Part shown: positions 35,930 to 49,159 of the stretch, piece after piece | Layout of the letters: each line of letters opens with the position of its first letter | Position numbering within the stretch: the first letter of the stretch is position 1 | Origin: Mobula hypostoma | Taxonomy: Eukaryota | Assembly (NCBI RefSeq): GCF_963921235.1 | Contig: NC_086118.1 | Coordinates: forward strand, 24,988,001 to 25,052,000 | DNA: 64,000 nt | Direction: 5' to 3' | The notes under the pieces: model-generated | Databases searched by the model: none | Told to the model about the DNA's origin: nothing | Seen by the model: the letters and a program-made list of their open reading frames with translations, nothing else | Position numbers and translations under genes: made by a program

Positions 35930-37340
35930 TCTTTTCAAATGGCTCCCATCTTGAATGGTGTCTCTCTGTCTCCCTTGCGATGATGAAGGGCATGTCCTGG
36001 ATGGTGAGGACCTTCATGATAGATGTCACCTTCTTGAGGCATCCCCTTTGAAGATGTCTTTGATGGTGGGGAGGCAAGTAGCCGTGATGGAGCAGAATGA
36101 GTTTACAAACCTCTGCAGCCCTTTCCAATCCTGTGCATTGGCTCTGCTATACCAGATGGTGATGCAAGCATTCAGAATGGTCTCCATGGTACATCTGTAG
36201 AAATTTGCTAGAGTCTTTGGTGACGTACCATATCCGCTCAAAGTCCTAATGAAATGTATCTACTGGCTTGCCTTCTTCATAATTGCATCAATATGTTGGG
36301 GCCAGGATAGATATTCAGAGATGTTGACGCCCAGAAATTTAAAGCTGCATGTTTCGGCTCAACATATGATCACCTTTTTGACTTTATTGGCTAGGGGAGC
36401 CATTTTATTGAAGTGGAAGGATTCTAATCCACCTTTTGTCTTTTTTTGGCTTTCCTCCATTATGTCCTGTTTAAATTTAGAGAAAATAAGAAGTCGGACA
36501 TTTGATACATCCTTTAAATTTAAGCAAATATGGTGACCTTTTATTTTATATTTTCACTTGATTTAATTTATTATTCTTCCAATTATTTCATTTTTTCGAA
36601 GTTTTGGATTTGATCAGAAAGTATTTCCTTTTTTCTTGGTTGTATCCTCCGAATGGACTGCCCAGTCCCCATTTTTTTTTTCTGTTTTTTTAGTGTAGTG
36701 GGGTTTTTTTCTTTATTTTAAATGTAAAGTTTTTTTTCCTCTTTATGAATTGATAAGAGGAGAATTAGCTGTCCTTTTTAAATATATATGTTGCATATTT
36801 GCTTTTTACTATGTATGATTATGATAACTATTTTATCTTTTGTTTATATTGTTACTGATATATATTTGAGATAATTCTCCCCTTGTCTGTATATATGTAT
36901 TCTCTAAATCAATAAGAAGATTAATTATAAAGCTGCAAACCCTTTTCCTCTGCTAACCACTCAGTGAAAGCTGTTGTGTGTTCCCCTGATTATCCCTCCT
37001 GAAGTCCACAATCCATTCCTTTGTCTTTCTGATGTGAAGTGCAAGGTTGTAGTTGCAACGGCATTCAACTTGCTGACCTATCTCACTCCTGTACGCCTCC
37101 TCGATCACCATCTGAAATTCTGCCATTAGCGAATTTACAGATAGCATTTGAACTGTGCCTAGCCACATAGTCATGATTGTAGAGAGAATAAAGCAATGCT
37201 TTGTCAGTAAGCAGGTGAAGTTATTTCTGATCCAGACTGACTATGGTCTCATGATGAGGAGGTTGAGGATCCATCTACAGAGGAAATACACAGGCCTAGG
37301 TTTTGAATCGTATTGATTGGTACTGAGAGGATGATAGTGT
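35930..37340 (-). mobile_element. Rex1-type LINE split by an L1 fragment
   Basis: KTLANFYRCTMETILNACITIWY and EEAYRSEI...KTKEWIVDFRR. Confidence 0.85.
36350..36927 (+). mobile_element. L1-clade LINE 3' fragment with 10-bp TSD
   Basis: ARGAILLKWKDSNPP...WLSSIMSCLNLEKI...F..IW (L1 ORF2 end), T-rich 3' UTR, and TSD taaagctgca at 36340-36349 and 36928-36937. Confidence 0.88.
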
Positions 37341-37469
37341 TGCTTCAGGGCAGGACCTTTATTCACCACTTTAGCTATTTTTTGATATCTTAACACTGGT
37401 TTGAACCCACTGTATGGTTAATCCCTTGTTTAAAATTATAAATATAAAATATACATCGTTCACTCATCC

Positions 37470-38550
37470 ACAGAACTGAGTTCCCCTTCATCCACCATTG
37501 ACACTGCCCTCACCTGCATCTCCTCCATTTCCCAGACATCTGCACTCACCCCTTCTTCCCACCATCTTAACAGGGATAGAGTTCTTGTCCTCACCTGTCA
37601 CTGAATGAGCCTCCACATCTAACACATAATTTTCTTAACTTCTGCTATCTTCAATGGGATCCTACCACCAAACCCATCTTTACATTTCCCTCCCACTCCC
37701 ACTCTCTGCTTTCCACAGGGATTGGTCTCTCTGTACTTCCCTTGTCCATTTGTACTCCTGTTGTTCTCCACCTGGCATAAACTCCTGCAAGCAACAGAAA
37801 TGCTACACCTGCCCCTTCACCTCCTCTATTACCTCCATTCAGGGCCCCAAATAGTCTTTCCAGGTGAGGCAACACTTCACCCGTGAATCTATTATGGTCA
37901 TCTATTGTATCCGGTTCTCCTGATATGGCCTCCTGCACATTGGTGAGACCTGACATAAACTGGAGTACTGCTTTGTTGAGCATCTCCACTTTATCCACCA
38001 AAAGTGGAATTTCTCAGTGGTCAACCATTTAAATTCCTCTCCCCACTCCCTTTCAGATATGTCAGTCCATGGCCACCTCTTTTGCCACAATGATACCATT
38101 CTTAGGATGGAGGAGCCACACCTCATATTTTAACTAGGTAGCTTCCAACCTAGGAGAACATTGATTTCTCTTTATGGTAATTTTACTGTCCCCATTCCCT
38201 CTTCTATTTCCCACTCTGGCCTCTTACTTCTTCTCATCACTTGCTTATCACCTGCCCTGGTGCCCCTTATTCTTCCCTTTCTCCCATGGCCCACTCTTCT
38301 CTCCTAACTGATTCCTTCTCCAGCCCTTACCTTTCCTACTCACCTGGCTTCACCTATCACCTTCTAGCTAGTCTTTCTTCCCCTCCTGCCATCTTTTCAC
38401 TCTGGCATCCCGCCCTCCCCCCCCTCAAGTCCTGAAGAAGGGTTTCGGCCCCAAACGTCAATTCATTTCCATTGATGCAGCCTGACCTGCTGAATTCCTC
38501 CAACATTTGTGTGCGTGTGTTGCTGTGGATCTCCAGCAACTACAGAATCT
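37470..38550 (+). mobile_element. Penelope-like element 3' part (GIY-YIG endonuclease remnant plus pseudo-LTR)
   Basis: FTRES..VIYCI....LLHIGET..L..FVEH...VVNHLNS..HS..D.SVHG..LRMEEPHLIF.LGSFQP, followed by a tail with a hammerhead-like core at 38432-38459. Confidence 0.9.
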
Positions 38551-38769
38551 TTTTTGTCCACTTACGTTTCTTTTACAGCTTAAAAAAAAACCCCTCATTT
38601 CATCCAAAGCTCCAGTACTTCCAGCCTCCCTTCTGTTGCCACTCTACCCTCTCTCACCAACCACAAGCCCCAGTCCTTACAATTGAAACTAACAGAGAGG
38701 GGCTCTCAATCTATGGAGCTTATGCTGTCTCACACTAAGAGCAACACTCTTTACTCACTCCCCTATCAA

Positions 38770-39260
38770 TTGTTACATCCCTTCAGTTTCTTTTTAACTG
38801 GCATAATTCTCTTTTGAAAACAGGCTTGAATCTGCTTCCATCACCCTCTGAAGGAACATATCCCACACACTAATCATTTGCTGCTTGCTGCTCATTGCCA
38901 GCGAGAGCTTTGTATTATGTCACCTTCCGTTCCCTTTTCAATTAGCTTGGATCTCAGATCCCTGGTTCTTCACCTTTTCACCACTGTGAAGAGTTTATCT
39001 ATCCTAAATAGCCTCTCATTATTTTGATAGCTTCTGTGATATCTCTCCTCTACATTTTCTGCACTGAGAACCATCACAATATCCCTGGCCTGTCCCTTTA
39101 ATCTAAATCCATTACTCCTGGAAACATTTAATTAAATCATTTCCACTTTCCTCCTAAGGCCTTCAAATCCGGCCTAAATAATGGTGACCAGAATTGGATT
39201 AAATTCTCCAACTGATTCCAAACTAATGTTATGAAAGTTCACAGTAACTTCCCAGGATCT
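38770..39260 (-). mobile_element. Very degraded CR1 3' region
   Basis: gaatctgcttccatcaccctctga and ggtgaccagaattgg (WSP) remnants. Confidence 0.55.
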
Positions 39261-39337
39261 GATGTAGATTATTGAACCATTTTCAGTCCTACGGCTGACA
39301 AAGATTTATGGAAGTATATATTCAGATCTTTTGAAAG

Positions 39338-40578
39338 ACACAAGAAAGACTGCAGATGCTGGAAATCTGGAGCAACACACAAGATGTGTCTCTTTCGAGA
39401 GACTTTGAGACTTTTTTTTTACCGTGCCCATGGTCTATTCTTCTATCAAATTATGGCATTGTTGCACTGTTGTAACTATATGTTATAATTATGTGGTTTT
39501 CATCAGTTTTTTTAGTCTTGGTTTGCCTTGTGTTTCTGTGATATCATTCTGGAGGAACAAATTGTATCATTTCTTAATGCATGCATTACTGAATGACAAT
39601 AAAAGAGGACTGCGTGTCCTCATAATTAATCTAATCTAATCTAAGATGCTGGAGGAACTCATGGTCAGTCAGCATCTTTGAAGAGAAATGGAGAACCAAC
39701 ATTTCTGTTTGAGACCCTTCATCAAGACCGTTATGGGGACCTGAGTTCAGTAGGGCAGAAGCAGGCAGTAACAATGGGCCTACTGGGACAGTTTAGTTTG
39801 TGGATCTTGGGTAGGAGGTGGAGATAGGCAGTGTTTAGTTGTGGATCATAGGGCTTGGAGTCCATAGAAGGCAGATCTCAGAGATAATGAGGTTACTGAT
39901 GGTGAGGGAGACAGTGACCTGATACTTGCCAGTGTTGATTCAGTGGTAAGCAAGAGGAGGTATCCTAGAGCTGCCACCTGATCTCTGCAAGGCAGAATTC
40001 AGTCTGCCAGACTGTAATGGTACTGTACTGGTCTGCAGGTTTGATGCTGCTGTTGGGATTGCTGCAAAGAGCATGGAGAGTTGTGCGTTCAAAGGGGAGT
40101 AAGGTTGGAGCAGGTGAGGGGAGTGGTGAAGTTGAGCCACCAGCAGCTGGAAATGAAAAGATCTGGAGTGGGCAGAAGGCAAGAGTGGATTGTCCAAGAA
40201 GAGGAGGAAGGCATAATGTGGAAGAAGGGGCTATTGGTGGGGGAGGGGGTTAGGGAATCATTGCCAATTAAATAAGCTCTCAGAGGAAGAGGAGACAAAA
40301 GAGGCACTCAGTATAATAGTGAGTGCAATAGTCTTTGAGGTGCAGGCACAGAGGGAGGAAGGCAAGGCTCCTGCTGAAGGCAGTGTTCTGCCTCGAGGGA
40401 AAAGTTGGAGGGGATAGTGAAGACATGGCAGGAGTTAGAAGGGTTGGGAATTGGAGAGGCTAGAGAACGTGGAGTATGAGGAAGAGGAAGGCACAGTCCA
40501 GAAATGTCGGCTGTCCATTTCCCTCTGTAGATGGTATCTGACTCAGTGAGTTCCTCCAGCATTTTGTGTGTTGCTCAG
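39338..40578. mobile_element. Penelope-derived segment bounded by inverted pseudo-LTR tails
   Basis: Minus-strand tail at 39338-39728 (interrupted) and plus-strand tail at 40494-40578 enclosing a purine-rich interior. Confidence 0.65.
39387..39642 (+). mobile_element. LINE 3'-tail insertion ending in (AATCT)n with 6-bp TSD
   Basis: TSD aagatg at 39381-39386 and 39643-39648. AATAAA precedes the tandem tail. Confidence 0.8.
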
Positions 40579-40600
40579 GTCTCTTTGTACTTGTATTCTT

Positions 40601-40725
40601 AGATAGATAGATAGAATAGTACAGCACAGTACAGGCCCTTCAGCCCACATTGCTGTGCCGACCCTCAAACCCTGCCTCCCATAATACCCCCCCCACCTTA
40701 AATTCCTCCATATACCTGTCTAGTA
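40601..40725 (-). mobile_element. CR1 extreme 3' tail
   Basis: atagaatagtacagcacagtacaggcccttcagcccac, as at 700-740. Confidence 0.8.
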
Positions 40726-41294
40726 CTCTTGCTGTACTGTGCATTTACACACCGTTATAGTTGGCTTCGTCATGTTTAAACTGGGATCATGACGTACAGG
40801 CTCTTGCTGTGAATTCCAAACATGAATCGTATTTTTCTTTATGACTTTAAGTCACCTTCAGGACTGAAGTCATGTATTCATGGCTCATGTCTCTTACTGA
40901 TATGGGATCAGGTTACAAGAAATATTCCTACTGTTGCTGAGGTTCAAGACCAAGCTTATCTCACTGATGTTATTAATGATTATACCTGGATGATTAATAG
41001 TTCAAACATCCACTGAATTGCAAAGAATTGAATTCACAAACAGTAACTACTTTGTCACTGTTTAATTTATATAGTATATATGTGAATGTACCTATAACAA
41101 GTGTAGCATTTCAATTTAATTAACTGGCATTTTCTCCATGGTGATTGGCAAAATGGTTATCGGTGATTAATTGCTATCACAGGAATGCAGGTCAATTGCT
41201 GTAATTGATGATAGATAGAAACAAAAGCTCTATTGAAGCACAGAAATAAAACAGCAGGAGCCCAAATGACTTAGCTAAAGTGCACCAGAATCAG

Positions 41295-41740
41295 CTTCCA
41301 GTTCAAGTATATTGCCGTTCAATCGTACACATGTATACCGCCAAGCGAGACAGTGTTCCTCTGGACCAAGGTGCACAACACAGTACATATAACCCACACA
41401 CACAACATAGAGAGTAATATTAGCGCAAATAATAAGGTGCATGTACAATACAAGTTTAAAAAGAAGTAAACAGTATAACACTAATGCCACTTCATATGTG
41501 ATGAGCGCTGAGTGATGGCAGAGAGTTCAGTAGTCTTATGGCCGGAAGAAAGAAGCTGTTGCCCATCCTAACAGTTCTTGTCCTACAGCTACAGTCCCTC
41601 CTTATTGATGATGGGGAAGGGGGTGTTCAGATAGATTATTGGATGGATAGGCACGATCACTAACAATGCTAAGGGCCCTGCGTACGCAGCACTCGTGATA
41701 AGTATCTAATAGGTGGAAGAGAGACCCAGATGATCCCCTT
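41295..41740 (-). mobile_element. Rex1-type 3' end
   Basis: DTYHECCVRRALSIVSDRAYPS motif plus tail. Confidence 0.75.
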
Positions 41741-41844
41741 GAACTCCATTGGTGCTTAAACTTGGCAACAGTAAATGACCAAATCAAAAGACCTGCATGT
41801 ACATGGCACCTTACCACATATCTAGGATCTACTGATTCTTAAAT

Positions 41845-41960
41845 ACTGTAGCAAAACCAAAGTGCTGGAATTACCCGACAGCTTAGTCAGCATCTGTAGG
41901 GAGAGAGAAACAGAGTTAACATTTCAGGTTAGTTACCCTTTATTACAACTGAAAATGGGC
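41845..41960 (-). mobile_element. Degraded Penelope-tail fragment
   Basis: tgctggaa...cagcatctgt-g-gagagaaacagagttaacatttcagg. A similar fragment lies at ~52850-52950. Confidence 0.55.
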
Positions 41961-42329
41961 GAAAAGGCAGGAAGAATAAAAGGGGATGTATATGATGAAT
42001 GGAGATCAAATGGCACAAGGTTTTCAGTTCATCCAGTTAACAGACAAATGAGGACAGAGCAGACACAAGTGAAAGGACATACTAATATAATTGTTGGAAA
42101 CAACGAACAAAATGGTACTTTGGACATCAGCTGCTATCTGTAGTGAGAGAAAAAAACAACTTGATGTTTTAGGTGAGTGACTTCGCATCAGAAATGCTTG
42201 GCTCATGCACAACAAAATGGTTGTACAAAGTTGTTGAATTTAGCATTGAGTGCTGATAGGAATAAAGTTTGAATGAATATACAAAATAAAAGTATTCTGA
42301 CATTTAAAAAATATTTTCCAACACACAAC

Positions 42330-42757
42330 GTGCGTTGTTCGTCCATCGTTGACATCGATGAGGTCCTCGACACCATTATGACGAAGACCAGCGCTTGATT
42401 TGGATTTAAGTGAGAGAGAGTTGTGTAGCGTCAGCCTCACTCTCTCTTCCCAATTCCCATCTGGATCCAGTGGCAAGACAGAGTCGAGGCGGCTAGAGAT
42501 GGGACTAGCCACAGTGGATGACCAGGACGTCTTCTGTGACTTGTCCTGCTCTACACATTCCACGACGCTTGCAGAGATCGCTTTCTGACTGTTGGACCTG
42601 CCATTGGTCTCATCCGCTCAATCCGCTGGAGTCTGTCTTCACATGCTGGGATAGATAACTCACTATCTCATCCAAGGGTTTGAGTCCCGTCTGCTACCCT
42701 CACCTGGTTTAGCCGGCTTGTCGAAGCCGTTGCCCGGGGTATGGCCACTGTCGCATG
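42330..42757 (-). mobile_element. Short RTE-derived (bipartite 5'+3') non-autonomous retroposon with 11-bp TSD
   Basis: TSD caacacacaac at 42319-42329 and 42758-42768. CpG-rich. Motifs ggctaaaccaggtgagggtagc and cttgccactgga...gagagtgaggctg recalled from RTE 5' UTRs. Confidence 0.7.
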
Positions 42758-44186
42758 CAACACACAACATAAACAAACGTGGAGACCTTTCGAGGCTCAG
42801 CCACAGAATTCATTCAAGCCAGAGATTGATGCATTTCTGAATGTTAAAATTAAGGGATATATGGGCCATCTCTTGCTCCTAAATTATTATAAATGAAGCT
42901 TCACATTTACAATATTTTTACTTCAGGATATTAAAACAGTGTGTTTGCTATTAGTCAGTTTTAACTTTGTAATAAAATTTACTCACAAATGCAACAATAT
43001 TTTAAACATTGCAAGAAAGGGTTTTGGAGAAGTGCTTTCCTATAAAGCCAATGGCAATGTGGCTTAAATAAGCCAGTCTTGAGGTGATTCATAATTCTTT
43101 CCTCATTATCTTTTATTTATTGCTGCCATCTAATTTATTAATGGGTGAGTTATTCACAGGCCATTCTTTCAGGAGATGTATGAAGATTGTTATGAAGTTG
43201 TAAGGATAACACTTAAATAAAACCAGTTCTAAGTGTCCTTTTTCCTATCCACCAACACCCTTCCTGACCACCCAGCCTGCCACTCATTCCCCCTTCTCAA
43301 CCAATTCCAGTCTCAGATAGTCAAATTATAAAACATTTTCACTGAATGATTGTTTGCCCAGGAATGTGAGACTACCATGATCCACTGCAGTTTGATTTGT
43401 TCCAACAACATTTTCCACAGCAGAAAAGAAGGACACAATTGCAGGAAACTGAGTCACTTCTTGTGAGTAGCAGTGGAGAGGAACTACATCAGAAGCAAAG
43501 GGTGTGTGAAGGAGATCTGTCACCAGAGGCATGCAGTACCCTATTAAACAAACCAGACTGAACAAGAAAAGTTTCTGATATAGTGAAGATATTAAGCTAT
43601 ATCTGGAAACTGTACATAGGTTTTTGAATGAAATTATCACATGATATAAGAGAAAACCAGACCAAGTTTGATCTAGTCACTGGATACACTGAAAACAGAA
43701 CAGGGCCAGTGATGCTGCAACATTCTCCTCACTTAACATCAGGGACTGGCCAAAATTGGAACAAGTTCAGCTGGAAGTGATGAAGCAAGTAACTGCCTGA
43801 CCTAACCACAGTCAACAAAAATATACTAATCAGTCAACGTCCCCGATAACTTCAACACCACCTCTGCACACCTTCTGTCTCACAAACGTGGTGTCATAGA
43901 TAGTGAAGACCTTGGCCCTGGGAATTCTCCACACTGACATTTCAAAGGCACACATTTATCCACACAGACCTCACTGAAATCACTGATGGCTGTGACATAG
44001 CCATTTAGATCCGAAGATGAATCCCTGAACGTGGTCTGGTCCAGTTCACCTACTCAAGGCAGTCCTGTTAACGCTCTTTCTCCTCCCTTGACCATCCTTG
44101 CAACTGCAGATCCATCTTGAGTGTGTTTTTTGATAGCCATCACTCAACAAGACTTGGCATGTCCATTATTAAGGAGTTAGACATGT

Positions 44187-44188
<2 letters not shown>

Positions 44189-44242
<54 letters not shown>

Positions 44243-44252
44243 CGAGAGAGAG
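44189..44252. repeat. (AG)n microsatellite
   Basis: Directly visible. Confidence 0.98.
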
Positions 44253-45599
44253 CTACCAGGATGGGTGAGTGAACCAAATGGAAGAAAAACTCCATCTGTT
44301 TACCTACTGCTGGTGCACCATTCAGTGTTGGTAGCACTTGCTTTTGCTTTACAGGTGCAGCTCTGCTAAATCCTGAAGACACCCTCCCTCCTCTTTTAAT
44401 TACCATAACAAACTGGATAGATTCTGAATGCATCCAGCAGCCAGTTGAACACAGGATGCCCACAGTGTGCCTTGCATCTCAACAGGAGCAAAATTCTACC
44501 CAGGATAAATACAAAGGTTCACTGCCCAACAGCATTGTCACTACACTGGACGACCAACGCTTGTTCAATGAGAAATGTAGTAAAATGCTGGCACCAACTT
44601 GATGAGATTGTCAGAATCTGAATAATTTGTCCAGTGCCAGCAACCCCAACCCATGGATCAGGTGGGAATTTCACCGCCCTGAAATAACTATTTGTGAATG
44701 GTGGGGAATCGTACTGCTACCAGCAGCTGGTGAGCCCTCATGTAAGGACAAAGATGAGGTTGAAGCACTAGCAACTATCTTGAGTTTATGCTCAATCCTG
44801 GTCTCCTTTTAATCCCCACCATAACAGGAGATTAAATGGCAGTCACACCAAGTGATAATGAAGAATTGACCGAGTACATTGGATGCACCGAAGGGTTTTG
44901 GCAATGACAACCCCATCTTCCTTTGTGTGTTTTATGTGGCAAAATTGTAAGGGCGTGATTTACAAAATTATTCCCATGAATTGTTGAAGGTATCAGAGGG
45001 TTCAGCTCATGTCTGTTTATTTTTTGTGCTATATTAGATCCTGTCAACATTAAACTTCTATTCATGGCCTTCTAAGATGCCAGTCACATTTCTTTCTTCA
45101 GTCTTGGCTATATATAAATCACACAAAAAAAAGACATTTTATTTTAAAGTCAGTACAAGAACAGGTGCTGTGTCTCATGCTTAACATGCACAACCCCGTG
45201 TAATGACCTGATTAGTCATTCCAGGGAGGAACGCACATCCAATGCCTTCTGTGGTCCTTTCCTAAGAGTATATAATTAGAACATACTGTGAAAGAGCAGC
45301 GCCCTCTGACCCAGCTAACACGGTCTGTGAGATCAAAAGAGATTGCTGCAGAGAACTCATTAAGTTGAATGTTTCTTTTACCTAAACCGTAAATCCATAT
45401 TTTCAGTAACTGTGCTCTATTGTTTAAAACTTGGATTTTCCACATTGATCATGGCCCGTGATTAACAGTGAGCTGGTGTGGATATTAAGGACTTATGAAA
45501 GTTCACATTGTGGCAGTAAAAGGGATTGGCATTTTGGGCCGCTCGTTGCTATAAGTGGGCACTGGTCATTAGTTAGACTCTGCACCCATCAACTCCATA

Positions 45600-45888
45600 T
45601 ATATTTACAGATCCAGCATGGAGTGGGCCCTTCCGGCCTGGCGAGCTGTGCTTTGTGCCACTCAGCAACCTATTTAACAAAAGCCTAATCACAGGACAAT
45701 TTACAATGATCAATGAACCTACAAACAGGTCTGTCTTTGGACTGTGGGAGGAAACCGGAGCACCCAGAGGAAACCCATGCAGTCACAGGGCGATCGTACA
45801 AACTCATTACAGACAATGCCAAAATTGAACTCCAAACTCTGAATTCCCTCGCCTGGTGCTGTGACCACTACGTTGTTCTGGCACCACA
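45600..45888 (-). mobile_element. tRNA-derived SINE (V-SINE/HE1-like)
   Basis: Same core and tail as the copies at 2390 and 30360. Confidence 0.9.
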
Positions 45889-46001
45889 CTTGTGTACAAA
45901 GGAATGATAAGCTCACGATACACGCTGAGGGAAATGGGGTGTCCAGGACCTAAAGAAAAAGCCAATTTAAATGAGTACTTACTCTTAGAATTACTAGTTT
46001 A

Positions 46002-46262
46002 GGGACGGCATGGTACCGAGCTGTTAGTGTGACTCTATTCCAGTGCCAAGGAGCCGGGTTCCACTCCCTTGCTGCCTGTGAAGAGCTTCTACATTCTTCC
46101 TGTGACTGCACGGGTTTCCTTCGGGTGCTCAGGGTGTTTCAGTTTCCTCCCATGCTTCCAAAGACATCATGGGTTAGTAGGTTAATTGGTCACATAGTTG
46201 TAATGGGGCAGCAGGGGTTCATTGGGCCGTAGGGCCTGTAACCGCGACGGATCTCTAAGTAA
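46002..46262 (+). mobile_element. tRNA-derived SINE, related subfamily
   Basis: A/B-box-like head, gggtttcc..gggtgctc..tttcctccca..ccaaagac core, and gggcctg tail. Confidence 0.85.
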
Positions 46263-49159
46263 AAAGAATAAGTCTATGTGTTGTGCTTGGCTCTTTGTTT
46301 ACAATGTAAATGCAGCTGCTTCAAAGTACTTAGTGTAGGTGGGACAGGCATTAAGATACCACGCTCAGAGAACTAATAAGAGCACCCTGCACAAGAACTC
46401 TTGGATGCTGTTTTCTTTTGGGATATTGCTTCTTACCCAAGATTGTTAAACCAAATGTTGAACTAGATAGGCATGAATAATGATCATTGTTAAACTTGTA
46501 ATTGTTTTGACAACAATATCTATGGTATTAGATATGCGTTATTCACTGTCTAATATATCATGCACTCATCATCTCAAGCAATTGACCTGTGACTTGAGTT
46601 ATTACTTAGTTTGCACTCTGATATTTCGTGTTTTAAAACTGTAAACTCTCCAGATTTCTGTTTTGGTGTTTCCTTTCATAAAGTTGAGGAGCAGCTGGCA
46701 GAAGTCATGAGTATTGAATATCTTCTAATCCCCAAACATGAGGGTAGAACTTTAAGATTGGAATTGTTGATATGTGCCTCAATTGGTTTAATTTGACTTT
46801 GCAAAGGACTGTGCATAATTGTTTTCTTTTGAACAAGAATCTGAAGAATCTATTTCCTTTCAAGTAAATGCCGGAAATCTCATAAACAAATAATGAGCCT
46901 CCATGCCTCCGTCTTGTTCATCGTGTGCTTTTGTCTCCTTGTGAAAGTGGTAAAACTCGTGTGCCGTGCCCAGGCGAAGATTTTGTTGTTCGCTTGTTGC
47001 TGCATCTTTTCACTGAGGTACAAAGTTGATTTCTGAAGTACACACGAAATTTTGTACAACAGATTGCTTCTTTTTTCTTTAATATTAAGTGGAAGGCACT
47101 TAGGAATTACTACTCTCACAATCAAAGCTTTCCCTGGAAGGATTTCTAACGCAGGAAGGCTAAAGCAATTTCAGTGTTTAACTAGCATCAAGATTTTTAA
47201 ACAAATGCCACTCTGCTGCCTCTTGCTGAAGATCTAGTACAGAAGTACATTATTAACTTCCCAATGCTTAGAATTGGTATACCTGATCTTCCCACAGCTG
47301 CAATACCTGCTTCAGATAATAATTTGGAACCGATGGTAGTTTTGTTGGTTTTTTTTCCTCCTGCTAATGGATGGAAGCTGATGGAAAGCCATCATCACCT
47401 CTCGTTATGAGGAGATAAATCTTGCTGATTCTGCTTGAAACCTCATGTGTCAGCCGTTGAGACATCAATAATTCCCGTGTGCTGGCAAATTTGAAAGTCT
47501 GAAACTTACTGAGTGAGAAATGGTGTGGTATCTGTCACTGATGGTTTGCATTAAATCAGGTTTAAAACTAAACATCTCACTGATTCCAATAGAATTCGTA
47601 GGGCTGAAAACCAGAATGAAAAGGACATGCAAGTAATTACTTCATCATTATTTTTGACTTTCTTTAAATACTTGGAAGTGTTTTGTGTTTTTAATTAGCC
47701 GTGCCTTGTATTTTTAAATATTATAATGATTTTGTTTTGATTGTTTAGAAGTTTATAAGTGTCTTTGTAACAGAGACATACCCAAACTGCAAAAATCCTT
47801 GACAGTTTTGACACAAGGTACAGCTCCACTTGTAAATTTACCTTCTGATAAATCTATCTGGAGAATTACAGAGTTGGGGAGCTGAGTACTCAGTAATGAT
47901 GGAGCTTTAAAAACATTTGGAAAATGAGCTTCAATGATTACAGCAATGCAGAGAAGTCAAGCCTGAGCAATACAGTACATTACTACTGATATAGATGGGA
48001 ATCCAGCACTCACACAAGTACACCGTGCGGTGCTGTGCTCACTGATATCCAAATCATAACGTTTATTACCTTTAATACCACTCTTTTTAGTGTTATGCAA
48101 CCAAAAGTCTTTTTTTTAACTAACTGAAACAAAACACTGATTATTTCCATTTTGTATCACATCCTTCAAAGGCATGAATGCCTTGAACTACTTTTATGTT
48201 CCCAGTATCATTCTATTTGTGAAGATTGCAGTGGGATCTGAGTCACATGATCCTGGGTACATAATCTTTCCAGCTCTTAGCTGGATTGAAAAGTTTGGCA
48301 AGTAAATAAATCATCTTTGTCCATGGCCCTCCCAATGTTCAGGTATCCCTGATTAATCCAGCCCCTGACCTTTGCTCCTGATGCAATACCCACATTTGTC
48401 ACCAAAAGACTTTTGTCCATCCAGCTGAGGGAAATTTACAGCCTGGCCTTCACTGAAATTTTACACATGCAGAAGGCATACCACATCTCACTGTTCAAAA
48501 ATAAACTACACTGAGCAGATGAATCTTGGGATTTGACTTTTAGTGAGGAAGAAATTTTGTTGTTTTTGGTTTTCAGAAGTTAATCTCAACCTGTGAAACT
48601 CAGTCAGCTGAAGCTCAGGGTTGTTACTCACCTCTATACATTAAAGGAGATTACAGCCTTAGAATTGGAGCTGTTAGATTAACAGCTCTAATGACCATAA
48701 ATTGCCCTGTTCTGGTTATACTTCAGCTTCACCACATTGGCAGAGGCAACATGCAGAGCACAAACAGAAATGTTATGTATTCCTAATACCGAGGAATTTC
48801 TGAGTTTATGCCATCATGTTAAGCAAAATGTTCCCAGAGTACTGAGTTAATGTTAGCTCTGGGAAACCCTCAGATTTAACATCTTGTGGAGATATTTTTA
48901 TCCACTGCGTAGGTCCTGCTTTCAGCCTTGGGCCTGGAATAGCATTTGGTCCCAAATTTGCTTGGTTCATCAGTTCTGCTCTTCCCACATTTTGTACAAA
49001 CTGTTCGGAAGAAGTATATTAAACAATCAAAAGCACTCTCCCCTTTCATTCAGTTGATTGCCTAGTCAAATTCTTTTCCGGGATTTCAATACGTAAAGCT
49101 GTTTGAGAGACATTGAAAGGTATTGAAAGAATGCACTGCTCTGAAGAGATGTGGATTAA

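Noticed and set aside
43650..44830. Old LINE endonuclease region around the AG repeat
   Set aside because: Possibly TE-derived, but no motif can be read well enough to assign it.
48668..48865. Two 9-bp-stem hairpins
   Set aside because: Short stems are expected by chance in 64 kb, and there is no supporting context.
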